From a bacterium (GTDB lineage Bacteria; Zhuqueibacterota; Zhuqueibacteria; Residuimicrobiales; Krinioviventaceae), in the NCBI GenBank assembly GCA_963693055.1, contig OY843751.1, forward strand, positions 6,471,008 through 6,535,007: DNA of 64,000 bases. Direction: 5' to 3'. Shown here piece by piece: positions 8,808 through 17,364 of the stretch (position 1 is its first letter; the number at the start of each line of letters is the position of its first letter). The notes under the pieces are model-generated. The model was given only the letters and a program-made list of their open reading frames with translations, did no database searches and was not told the DNA's origin. Both the position numbers and the translations under genes were made by a program.

Positions 8808-10022
8808 TTGCAAGATAATAAGTATTCTAAGAAAAATAAATTTTCAGCGGCAGAACAAGCTTTAGGCTATTTTTATCAGCTGAGATATGCTATGCTTCAG
8901 CTTTTGAGTCTCCCAGAAGATATTATCTGTTATATTGAGAGGGATGATGATATAGATTTCTCAAATGATAGTGAAGGACAAATTCTGGCATCTCTTAAAC
9001 ACAAGGCTGTCGGAGATACTCTTTCTGATTTGTCACCAGATTTTTGGAAATCCGTTCGAATTTGGCTTGATTACTACAATAATGAAAAAAATTTAATTTC
9101 CAAAGCTTCTTTCTTCCTTTTTACAACGGGAAGAGTAGTTGCTGGTTCTTTACTAGAAGCTTTTCTTCCTAATAAGAAATTAGAAGACACTTTCCCAAAG
9201 CAAGTATCCGAAATACTTGATAAATCAGAATCGAAAACAATACAAAAAACAAAAGAACTACTTAAAATTCTACCTAAAGAGAAATGGCTTGATTTCTTTG
9301 GTCGTATTGTAATTTTTGATAATCAAGAACGAATACAAGACATACCTGAAAAAATTATTAATGAAAAATTAAGAACTGTACGACCTCAATTTCGGCAAGC
9401 CGTTTATGAGCGACTTGAAGGTTGGTGGATTAACGAATGTATCGAACTTTTGAGTGGTCAACGCCATGAACCTTTCAAAGGGCATGAAGTATCAGAGATG
9501 TTGAGTTTTTTTGCAGAGCAATTTCATGAAGACAATCTTCCGATTGATTATGAAAATATTGAGCCGGAGAATGGTGTAAATGTTGAAACAGACAATCGTT
9601 TTTTCGTAAATCAGTTGAAAGCAATTGGTCTTCATTCAGATAGACTTAAAAGAGCAATATTGGATTATTATCGTGCATTTGAGCAAAGAGGTTCTTGGTT
9701 ACGTGAAAATGTGACATTATCCGGTGAGCTTGAGAGATATGACGATCGTCTTGTTGATGAATGGTCACGGCTTCGTGAGATTATTTTTGAAGACTTGGCA
9801 AATGATAGTCCAGAAGAACTTTTAAAAAGTACAGGAAGGAAACTGTTAAATGAACTTTCAACAAGTAATCAACCGAATCTTCGTATACGAAAAGGTGTAA
9901 CTGCCACCTTTGTTACAATGGGTAGCTACCATATGCTTGCAAATGATGAGAATCCTCGAGTTCATTGGCATCCCTGTTTTGAGAAAAGAATTCAAGAAAT
10001 TTTCAATGGAGTGGAATTATGA
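8808..10022 (+). CDS. lmuA: Lamassu/ABC-3C effector: Cap4-like PD-(D/E)xK nuclease N-terminus plus ABC-3C C-terminal domain (LmuA/DdmA-like)
   Basis: SAAEQALGYFYQ, IERDDD, SLKHK, FWKSVRIW, RLEGWW, AILDYYRAFEQR and GSYHMLA..VHWHP motifs. First gene of an overlapping three-gene operon. TTG start after a purine-rich RBS. Confidence 0.8.
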   Translation: MQDNKYSKKNKFSAAEQALGYFYQLRYAMLQLLSLPEDIICYIERDDDIDFSNDSEGQILASLKHKAVGDTLSDLSPDFWKSVRIWLDYYNNEKNLISKASFFLFTTGRVVAGSLLEAFLPNKKLEDTFPKQVSEILDKSESKTIQKTKELLKILPKEKWLDFFGRIVIFDNQERIQDIPEKIINEKLRTVRPQFRQAVYERLEGWWINECIELLSGQRHEPFKGHEVSEMLSFFAEQFHEDNLPIDYENIEPENGVNVETDNRFFVNQLKAIGLHSDRLKRAILDYYRAFEQRGSWLRENVTLSGELERYDDRLVDEWSRLREIIFEDLANDSPEELLKSTGRKLLNELSTSNQPNLRIRKGVTATFVTMGSYHMLANDENPRVHWHPCFEKRIQEIFNGVEL

Positions 10023-10507
10023 AATCCTGGAGTAGTAGACCTCGAGAAATAAGAAATTTATTTAATCCAGCATTTTGTGGCTTAGTATTGGTTCGTGGTA
10101 TTGAAGGGTTTATAAAAGAAACTAATAAGCCAATGCCGTTTTCTCTTGCTTTATTGATTCTACCGCTTTGTCTCCATAAGCGGACAAGAGATCACCTTAA
10201 ACAAGGGAATCGTTCTTACTTTTCAAAAATACTTCAAGAACATCCTGAAATTCGAGTTGATTTCGCACAGAGAGCACGAGACCTTTTGCCATATACGATG
10301 GAAGCATTTGCTTACCTCATGGCTTGTGATGTTATTCTTGTTGATGAGTCAGGTGCAATAAAAGTGATTGAACATTCCATTCGTAAGAGTATTATTGGTT
10401 CACAAGATACAAAGGATTGTCAGACAGTAGCTCATTCACTTGGAAAGAAGTTGGCTTTAATTAATGATAGGGTAACCATTTATTCAACATTAGGAATTCG
10501 ACCATGA
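10019..10507 (+). CDS. lmuC: ABC-3C middle component (LmuC/DdmB-like, DUF6521/MC3-like)
   Basis: W..RP.E.RNLFNPAFCG, LILPLCLH..TR and a C-terminal LGIRP. ATGA overlaps with both neighbours. Confidence 0.8.
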   Translation: MKSWSSRPREIRNLFNPAFCGLVLVRGIEGFIKETNKPMPFSLALLILPLCLHKRTRDHLKQGNRSYFSKILQEHPEIRVDFAQRARDLLPYTMEAFAYLMACDVILVDESGAIKVIEHSIRKSIIGSQDTKDCQTVAHSLGKKLALINDRVTIYSTLGIRP

Positions 10508-12453
10508 ATATTTGTGATATAATTCTTTATAGCTATTCAGGTGAAATGAGACGAATCACCTTTAATGTTAAAGGTCTAAATATTATCACTGGACGATCAT
10601 CGACTGGTAAATCGACACTTTCTGACATTGTTGAATATTGTATGGGGCAGAGTGATTTTAATATACCTGAAGGCCCTATTAGAGATAAAGTATCATGGTA
10701 TGGTGTTATTTATCAGTTTAAAGGAGAACAAGTTTTAATTGCTAAACCATCTCCGGCAATAAATGCGGCGAGCTGTTCAAGGGCAATGATTAAAAGAGGG
10801 GCAGAAATTGAACCACCACCTTATAATGAACTTAAACAAAATGCTGATGATTCAACCGTGGTATCACTTCTTTCAGAATTGCTTGGAATCCCTGCGAATC
10901 GAACAGATGTGCCAAATGATCAGAGCCGTCAATCATTTTCTACAACAATTAAGCATACCCACTTCTATCTTTTTCAAAAACAAGGTTTGATTACAAATAA
11001 AGAGCAATTGTTTTACAAACAAAATGAACAGTTTTTACCACAAAAAATTAAGGATACTTTACCAATCCTTCTTGGCGTAATACCAAGTAATCGCTTTGAA
11101 ATTGACAATAAACTACGGGCAATTCGTCGGGATTTAAAGATCGTCCAAAAACAATTAGATGAAGCTGAACAATTTAATGAAAAAATTAATGTAAGAGCTT
11201 TAGGACTTTTATCTGAAGCTCAACAGGTTGGTATTTATAGTCAAGGGCCACTTCCCAATAATACAAATGAAGCATTAGTGGCAATGAAAGAGATTTTGAA
11301 ATGGAAACCTATTTCTGTTCCTGATGAAGATACGCGTCGGATAATTGAATTAGAAGAAGAAATTGCTGCCATACGAAAAGAAAGAATGTCAGCAAATGAG
11401 ACTTTACGTGCAACTCAAGATTTTGTTAATAAAGAAAAAAGTTTTACAACAGAAGCGAAAGAACAAAAAAGTCGTCTAGAATCCATTAATGCTTTACCAA
11501 TTAATCCTGAATCAGGTAAATGGCAGTGGCCATTTGTACCTGAAAATTTTGGAATGGATACTCCAATAGGTAAATCTTTAATAAAGGAACTTAATTCGTT
11601 AGATGATGAATTAAAAACAGTGCTTGGAGAACAACCACATTTGGAGAAATATACTCAAAAAATTGAAAATCAAATTTCTGATTTAAATCAAATAATGCAG
11701 ATGAAAGAAGAGGAGCTTGCTGCAGCAATTATGGCAAATGAAGCAATAGCAGTAATGGGTAATAGAAATGCAGCTGCAGCTAGAATTGTTGGACGAATAA
11801 GTTTGTTTCTTGAAACTTATAAACCAGAAGAAGATGTTGCTTTGTTGAAAAAGCGTGTTGAGGTGTTATCTGAACAAGTTGTCCTTTTGGAAAAAGAATC
11901 AGGAAAAAATGATATAGAAGAGCGATTAGAATCAATAATCAATATTATTTCAACTAGAATAAGTCGATATGTTACTGAACTTGATGCAGAGTTTTCAGAA
12001 TACCCTTTTAGATTTGATTATAAAAAGTTGACTGTTGTTGCAGATAGACCCGAAAGACCTATACCAATGAATAAGACCGGGGGTGGGGCCAATCATTTAG
12101 CTTATCATTTGGGAATTATGCTTTCACTTCATCATTTTACATCTAATAATTTGAAACCTGTACCTTCGTTTTTATTTCTTGATCAACCTACACAAGTATA
12201 CTTTCCTTCTGAACAAATGTACAAAGCGGTTTCTGGCTCTATTGAAGAAACGGAAAGAGATTCAGATCTAGAGAAAGTACGTAATTTATTTTTCATGTTA
12301 CACCGTTTTGCAAATAATGAGGCGAAAGATTTTCAAATTATAGTAACTGAGCATGCAAATTTACGAGATGATTGGTTTCAAAATTCGATTATCGAAGTGC
12401 CGTGGGCAAAACCACCAGCTTTAGTGCCTGAAGAATGGGGTTTTTTTGATTAG
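10504..12453 (+). CDS. lmuB: SMC/Rad50-like ABC ATPase, DUF3732 family (LmuB/DdmC-like)
   Basis: Walker A GRSSTGKS, Q-loop FQKQ, long coiled coil, signature-like GGGAN, Walker B FLFLDQPTQVYFP and switch VTEHA. Confidence 0.85.
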   Translation: MNICDIILYSYSGEMRRITFNVKGLNIITGRSSTGKSTLSDIVEYCMGQSDFNIPEGPIRDKVSWYGVIYQFKGEQVLIAKPSPAINAASCSRAMIKRGAEIEPPPYNELKQNADDSTVVSLLSELLGIPANRTDVPNDQSRQSFSTTIKHTHFYLFQKQGLITNKEQLFYKQNEQFLPQKIKDTLPILLGVIPSNRFEIDNKLRAIRRDLKIVQKQLDEAEQFNEKINVRALGLLSEAQQVGIYSQGPLPNNTNEALVAMKEILKWKPISVPDEDTRRIIELEEEIAAIRKERMSANETLRATQDFVNKEKSFTTEAKEQKSRLESINALPINPESGKWQWPFVPENFGMDTPIGKSLIKELNSLDDELKTVLGEQPHLEKYTQKIENQISDLNQIMQMKEEELAAAIMANEAIAVMGNRNAAAARIVGRISLFLETYKPEEDVALLKKRVEVLSEQVVLLEKESGKNDIEERLESIINIISTRISRYVTELDAEFSEYPFRFDYKKLTVVADRPERPIPMNKTGGGANHLAYHLGIMLSLHHFTSNNLKPVPSFLFLDQPTQVYFPSEQMYKAVSGSIEETERDSDLEKVRNLFFMLHRFANNEAKDFQIIVTEHANLRDDWFQNSIIEVPWAKPPALVPEEWGFFD

Positions 12454-12581
12454 TTATTTCACAACTTAAAAAATGAAATTTGTACCTAAGAATATAATAT
12501 GCTTGGCATAAAGCTACTTTCAAGTATCTTGATTTGGATTTTTATTTGATCAAGAGAGATCATTTTTTTCCGTTCAATCAA

Positions 12582-12611
12582 CCTTCCGAGGGGCTATCAG
12601 CCCTCGGGAGG
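12582..12611. repeat. REP-like palindrome, possibly a terminator
   Basis: CCTTCCGAGGGGCT-atc-AGCCCTCGGGAGG, located between convergent genes. Confidence 0.6.
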
Positions 12612-12628
12612 AGGTTTTTAATTCTTCC

Positions 12629-12658
12629 CTCTGTGTTCTTTGGCTCTGCGTTCAAGTG
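12629..12658. repeat. Right arm of the imperfect inverted repeat flanking the defence operon
   Basis: Its reverse complement CACTTGAACGCAGAGCCAAAGAACACAGAG aligns to 8597-8628. Confidence 0.65.
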
Positions 12659-12756
12659 TTTCAAGATGTTAGAATAATTAAGCTTGTTGGTCCCCTTCAA
12701 GTAATATTTGAATGTATCCCGGTTCCATATTTCATAAAGAACCGGGATTTTTAATA

Positions 12757-14553
12757 TTACAATTTCAGCAGTGAATCCAGCAATGATTGCGGTACCTCGA
12801 ACACGGTGCCGTGGCGCATGTCGTCGGGATGGGTGATCCATTTTGAGATATCGTCCCAGTTTTTCAGATCTTTGGAGCGTACCGCGCCGTATTTGTGCTT
12901 GCGGTATTTGTCAAAATAGACATACCACCAGTCCCCGATCTTGATAGCGGTGGGACCTTCGGCCCAGTAATCGCCAGTGATAGGTTTTGAAGCGTCAGTG
13001 TAAGGCCCGGCTGCTTTATTGCTGGTGGCGATACGTATGTTTTTTTCCGGAGTCAAGGGACGGTCGGTTTCGTTCTTGAGATACATGACATATTGATCGC
13101 CATTCTTTGTCAGGGTACCATCAATCACATTAAATCCATGATCATAAAACAATTTGGTATCGCTGAATGTATCAAAATCCTTTGTGGTGACGTAATACAT
13201 GCGGTGGTTTTTCATGTTTTTGCTGGTGTCCCGGGGGTCTTTGTGGTCGGTTTCCGGAAAGCGTCCGGGAATGGTTGTCGACCAAAAGATATAGTATTGC
13301 TCTGTGGCATCGTCATAATACACTTCGGGCGCCCAGGTATTTTGCGCGATGGCTTCGTGCTCCATCACCGGAATATATTTCTGTTCCGACCAGTGCACCA
13401 GATCTTTTGAACTGGCATAACCTATGCCTTTTTCTTTCCAGCTAACGGTCCATACCATGTGATAAAGACCATCCGGTCCCTGAATAACACAGGGATCTCG
13501 CATGAGCTTGTCGCCGCCAACCATGGGAGTTAGAAAAGATTTACCATTGTTCAGGGCCTTCCAATCCAGTCCGTTATAACTGTACGCCAAATGCAGTCCG
13601 TCTTCGCCGTTACCGTTGAAATAGGTAAAGAGATAGGCGGTGGATTCTTTTTGTTCCAGTTTGTGCATGGTATTTGCGAATTGTACACCCAGATCAATAA
13701 AACCGGCAGTGTCATAATGATATCTATCGGAATAGCCGTAATTGTCTGTACTGGTTACCAGTGCGGCGTAAGGATCTTTATCACAATAATCAGCTTCTGC
13801 TTTACGGACGATATCGCCATAATCCCAAACCTTGCCGTCATCATCCTGTCCCGAATCCGAGATACGTCCCACAACAACCGGCAGATCATCCACACGCAGT
13901 GCGGCACGGACCTGGTCCATCAGCTTTTTCAGATTGGCTTCATATGCTTCGGCGCTGTTTTGGGCGTGACCATCACTCTCGCCCTGCATCCACAAAATAC
14001 CGCACGGGATGAGCGTGTCTTTTTCGCCATCACCATCAATATCATCTACGCTTAGGGCATTGCGCAAGGTTGCCAGAAAATGGTCGTACTGGTTAATACC
14101 ATTACCACTGTAAAAATCGGGGTCCCAGCAGCCTGCTTTGCGTGCCTGATCGGGATGAATAGATGTGCCGCCTTTGGAGTATTTAACCAGAGCGATGGGC
14201 ATAGTGGGGTCCAACTCGTTCATGTGTTTGCCAAAAGTCAGTTCAAGCCCAAAACGATTGGAATAGGTGTTTGTGAGACCATCGGATTTGAATCCGCTGC
14301 CATGACCCGGCATCAGGGGAGACCATTTGCCGATTCCATTGACAGGCATATTGTCCGATTCACGGCTGCTTTGATAGATCAGTACATTGGGCACGGGTTT
14401 GTTAAGATCGGCAGGCAGTTCACTGACCGTACCGTAACCATCCATATTGGACTGGCCGCCAAGATAATAGAGCTTGTATGTTTTTGCGGAAAGCGGGGTA
14501 ACAGTTAAAACGAGTAATATAAAGACAAGTAAAAGTAAATATAATCTTTTCAC
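12757..14553 (-). CDS. Secreted sialate O-acetylesterase-like (SASA/CE6-type SGNH) domain fused to a GH43-like beta-propeller
   Basis: Signal peptide. Esterase motifs GQSNM, WMQGESD and DRYH. GH43-like motifs LMRDP, WAPE, VIDG and AEGP. GTG start with a GGAGG RBS. Confidence 0.8.
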   Translation of the reverse strand: MKRLYLLLLVFILLVLTVTPLSAKTYKLYYLGGQSNMDGYGTVSELPADLNKPVPNVLIYQSSRESDNMPVNGIGKWSPLMPGHGSGFKSDGLTNTYSNRFGLELTFGKHMNELDPTMPIALVKYSKGGTSIHPDQARKAGCWDPDFYSGNGINQYDHFLATLRNALSVDDIDGDGEKDTLIPCGILWMQGESDGHAQNSAEAYEANLKKLMDQVRAALRVDDLPVVVGRISDSGQDDDGKVWDYGDIVRKAEADYCDKDPYAALVTSTDNYGYSDRYHYDTAGFIDLGVQFANTMHKLEQKESTAYLFTYFNGNGEDGLHLAYSYNGLDWKALNNGKSFLTPMVGGDKLMRDPCVIQGPDGLYHMVWTVSWKEKGIGYASSKDLVHWSEQKYIPVMEHEAIAQNTWAPEVYYDDATEQYYIFWSTTIPGRFPETDHKDPRDTSKNMKNHRMYYVTTKDFDTFSDTKLFYDHGFNVIDGTLTKNGDQYVMYLKNETDRPLTPEKNIRIATSNKAAGPYTDASKPITGDYWAEGPTAIKIGDWWYVYFDKYRKHKYGAVRSKDLKNWDDISKWITHPDDMRHGTVFEVPQSLLDSLLKL

Positions 14554-14666
14554 AATTCCTCCGGGGTTTATTACAATTCTTTACAGGCAGTTTTGAATGT
14601 TCAAGATTTGATCTTGAATGTAATAAAAAAATGGGTTATAATACAGAAAAAACAGAGGTGGAGGAT

Positions 14667-15977
14667 ATGAATAAAGTTGTCCTTTTTATATTGAGCTTGA
14701 GCGCAGCGCTTGCCGCGGATACCGGCATATGGTACTCGCAAATTTTCCCTTTACAGGAGTTACATGTGCATGGTTCTACGCTTGTCGAATGTGCCAATGG
14801 AGATATTATTGTGGCGTGGTTTCAGGGCTCTGGCGAGCGTCAGGCAGAAGATGTAAGAATTATGGGTGCCAGGTTGAAAAATGGCAGCCAGGAGTGGAGC
14901 ACTCCCTTTGAACTGGCAGATACACCGGGGTTACCCGATATTAATCCGGTATTGTTTATTGATCCGCAGGGGAAATTATGGTTATTCTATTACGCGGTGA
15001 TTGCTCACCAGTGGGAAACATCGTTGTTAAAGTACAAAATTGCCAACGAGTATGAGGCCGATGGCCCGCCTAAATGGGATTGGCAGGAAGTTTTACATAT
15101 AATTCCGGTACCGGGATCAGGACGAGGCATTCAACCCGGTGACCCGTTTCTTGCTTCTGTTAAAGAACAGCTTGAAGCACAGGAAGATTTTCTCGAAAAG
15201 CAGGGTGCATTCCAAACTGAGGAGTTGAGCAAAAAATGGCAGGACCGGAAAGAAGAGTTGATCGGTCATGCAGCAGGAGAAAATATGGTGCGCTCCGGCA
15301 GGTTGTATCACGAGGATGGCAGTTATGATGAACAATCCATGGGGTATCCCTGGTTTCGCAGAATGGGATGGCAAACCCGCAACAAACCTTTTGTTGTTGG
15401 CGAGCGCATGATTTTACCCCTCTATTCCGACGGATTCAGTTTTTCGCTTATGGCGATAACTGACGATTGGGGAAAGAACTGGCATACCAGTGCTCCCATA
15501 GTGGGTTTGGGTAACATACAACCCGCCATTGCGGAAACCCGTGATGGAGATCTGGTAACCTATATGCGTGATAATGGTCCGCCACCCAAACGACTGCATG
15601 TCAGCCGTTCAACAGACAAGGGCGAAACCTGGGGACTGGTTCAGGATACCGAAATCCCTAATCCCGGTGCGGGAGCGGATGTTGTAACACTCGATAATGG
15701 AGACTGGGTTTTGCTGGATAATGATGTTGAAGAAGGTCGGCATAGTTTGGCGGTGTATTTGTCTACAGATGAAGGGAAAACCTGGCCCTACAAACGTCAC
15801 ATTGAACTGGATGAACGGGGTAAGGATGGAAACCGTTACCACTATCCGGCAGTGATACAGGGCAAAGATGGAATGCTGCATGTCTGTTACAGCTATTTTA
15901 AAAGAGGAGAAAACAGAAAAAGAAACTCGATTAGATATGCAAGGTTTTCAAGAGACTGGATTATGGCTGATGAATAA
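14667..15977 (+). CDS. Secreted BNR/Asp-box sialidase-like protein (BNR_2)
   Basis: GGAGG RBS before the ATG at 14667 (ORF track starts at 14631). Asp-boxes TDDWGKNW, STDKGETW and STDEGKTW, plus YHYP. Confidence 0.8.
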   Translation: MNKVVLFILSLSAALAADTGIWYSQIFPLQELHVHGSTLVECANGDIIVAWFQGSGERQAEDVRIMGARLKNGSQEWSTPFELADTPGLPDINPVLFIDPQGKLWLFYYAVIAHQWETSLLKYKIANEYEADGPPKWDWQEVLHIIPVPGSGRGIQPGDPFLASVKEQLEAQEDFLEKQGAFQTEELSKKWQDRKEELIGHAAGENMVRSGRLYHEDGSYDEQSMGYPWFRRMGWQTRNKPFVVGERMILPLYSDGFSFSLMAITDDWGKNWHTSAPIVGLGNIQPAIAETRDGDLVTYMRDNGPPPKRLHVSRSTDKGETWGLVQDTEIPNPGAGADVVTLDNGDWVLLDNDVEEGRHSLAVYLSTDEGKTWPYKRHIELDERGKDGNRYHYPAVIQGKDGMLHVCYSYFKRGENRKRNSIRYARFSRDWIMADE

Positions 15978-15998
15978 TATAATGATAAGGACTAGCAG

Positions 15999-17315
15999 AT
16001 GAATTTAAAAAAGCTTTTTTATTCAAGTATTATATTTATGTTTGTTATTATGGGGTGTCAAAAGAACCAGCCCTTGCCCGCATCAGAGTATAATTCTCTG
16101 ACAAATGATGGTGTGTGGTGCTGGTTTTCTGATCCGCGTGCCATCTATCATAAAGGTGCCAAAGAGTGCACCTATGCCGGCTGGGTGTCGGAACAGGGTG
16201 ATATTGTGATTGGTTCGTATAACCATACCAGCAAAAAAATAGATACATTTGTACTACATGAAAAACTGGAAAAAGATGATCATAACGTACCGTCTATACT
16301 GGTTCGGGATGATGGCAGAATTCTGGCATTTTATTCTCGTCATAGTGATGACGATATGTATATGCGGATTTCTACAAATCCTGAAGATATTTCCCAGTGG
16401 GAGCCGGTATCGCGCATGTATATCAATGATGTGGATGCCTTTCCCAAGGGGACCAAAAATTCATATACTTATAGCAATCCCTATCAGCTTTCTCAGGAAG
16501 ATGGGCGTATTTATTTGTTCTACCGGGGTATGGATTTTAAGCCCAATGTTTCAATCTCTGATGATGGCGGCTTGACCTGGTCCATGGCAAAATTGTTTAT
16601 TTTACCGGAGCGGATCTACAAGAACCGCAGACCGTATGTGAAATACTATTCGGATTACAAGTCAAAAGTCCATTTTTTGTTCACAGATGGACATCCGCGT
16701 AACGAACCCACCAATAGTGTGTATTATGCTTGTTATCATGATGGTGCGTTTTACAAAGCCAACGGTGAAAAGATGATCGATTTTGAAAATATACCCTTTT
16801 CACCACAGCAGGCTGATCGCGTATATGATGCCCGACAGGACAGTGTGCGCGCCTGGGTTTGGGATGTTACGGTAGACAGTGATGATCGTCCTGTTATCGT
16901 TTATACACGTTTTCCCAAAGAGACAGACCATCGCTATCATTACGCTCGCTGGGACGGACAGAAATGGCAGGACCACGAGATCACCCCGGCGGGACCGTGG
17001 TTTCCTCAAACTCCCGAAGGAAAAGAAGAACGGGAAACCTATTACTCGGGTGGCGTGGTGCTTGATCATGAAAATCCCAATGTGGTTTATTTGAGCCGCA
17101 AAATTAACGGTGTTTTTGAGATTGAACGCTGGGTGACGGATGATATGGGCAATAGCTGGACACATGCTGCAATTACTCGGAATTCTCAATACGACAATGT
17201 AAGACCCTTTGTGCCCTGGTTTTCGCCAGAGGATGTAGAGCCGCATGTGTTCTGGATGACAAATTTAAAATATATACACTATTCGGATTATAGCAGTGAA
17301 ATAAAAATGTTTTGA
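15999..17315 (+). CDS. BNR-4 repeat lipoprotein
   Basis: Lipobox IMGC. WCWFSDPRA, DDHNVP, YTY.NP, Asp-box SDDGGLTW and RPYVKY motifs. Confidence 0.75.
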   Translation: MNLKKLFYSSIIFMFVIMGCQKNQPLPASEYNSLTNDGVWCWFSDPRAIYHKGAKECTYAGWVSEQGDIVIGSYNHTSKKIDTFVLHEKLEKDDHNVPSILVRDDGRILAFYSRHSDDDMYMRISTNPEDISQWEPVSRMYINDVDAFPKGTKNSYTYSNPYQLSQEDGRIYLFYRGMDFKPNVSISDDGGLTWSMAKLFILPERIYKNRRPYVKYYSDYKSKVHFLFTDGHPRNEPTNSVYYACYHDGAFYKANGEKMIDFENIPFSPQQADRVYDARQDSVRAWVWDVTVDSDDRPVIVYTRFPKETDHRYHYARWDGQKWQDHEITPAGPWFPQTPEGKEERETYYSGGVVLDHENPNVVYLSRKINGVFEIERWVTDDMGNSWTHAAITRNSQYDNVRPFVPWFSPEDVEPHVFWMTNLKYIHYSDYSSEIKMF

Positions 17316-17364
17316 GCTTGTTTTAATACTATTGTTTGATTATGAATTGATGGGAGTACCAACC

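Larger units (their letters stand above)
8597..12658. mobile_element. Putative horizontally acquired defence cassette bounded by inverted repeats
   Basis: Visibly more AT-rich than the flanking genes. Imperfect IRs and REP-like palindromes at both edges. No transposase or integrase inside. Confidence 0.45.

Noticed and set aside
8640-12580. Prophage, integron or IS-type composite transposon as carrier of the defence operon
   Set aside because: I found no integrase, transposase, tRNA target, attC-like sites or clear target-site duplication.
12578-12841. 87-aa minus-strand ORF
   Set aside because: It overlaps the esterase-GH43 3' end and the IR arm. Its HLNAE peptide simply mirrors the left repeat arm.
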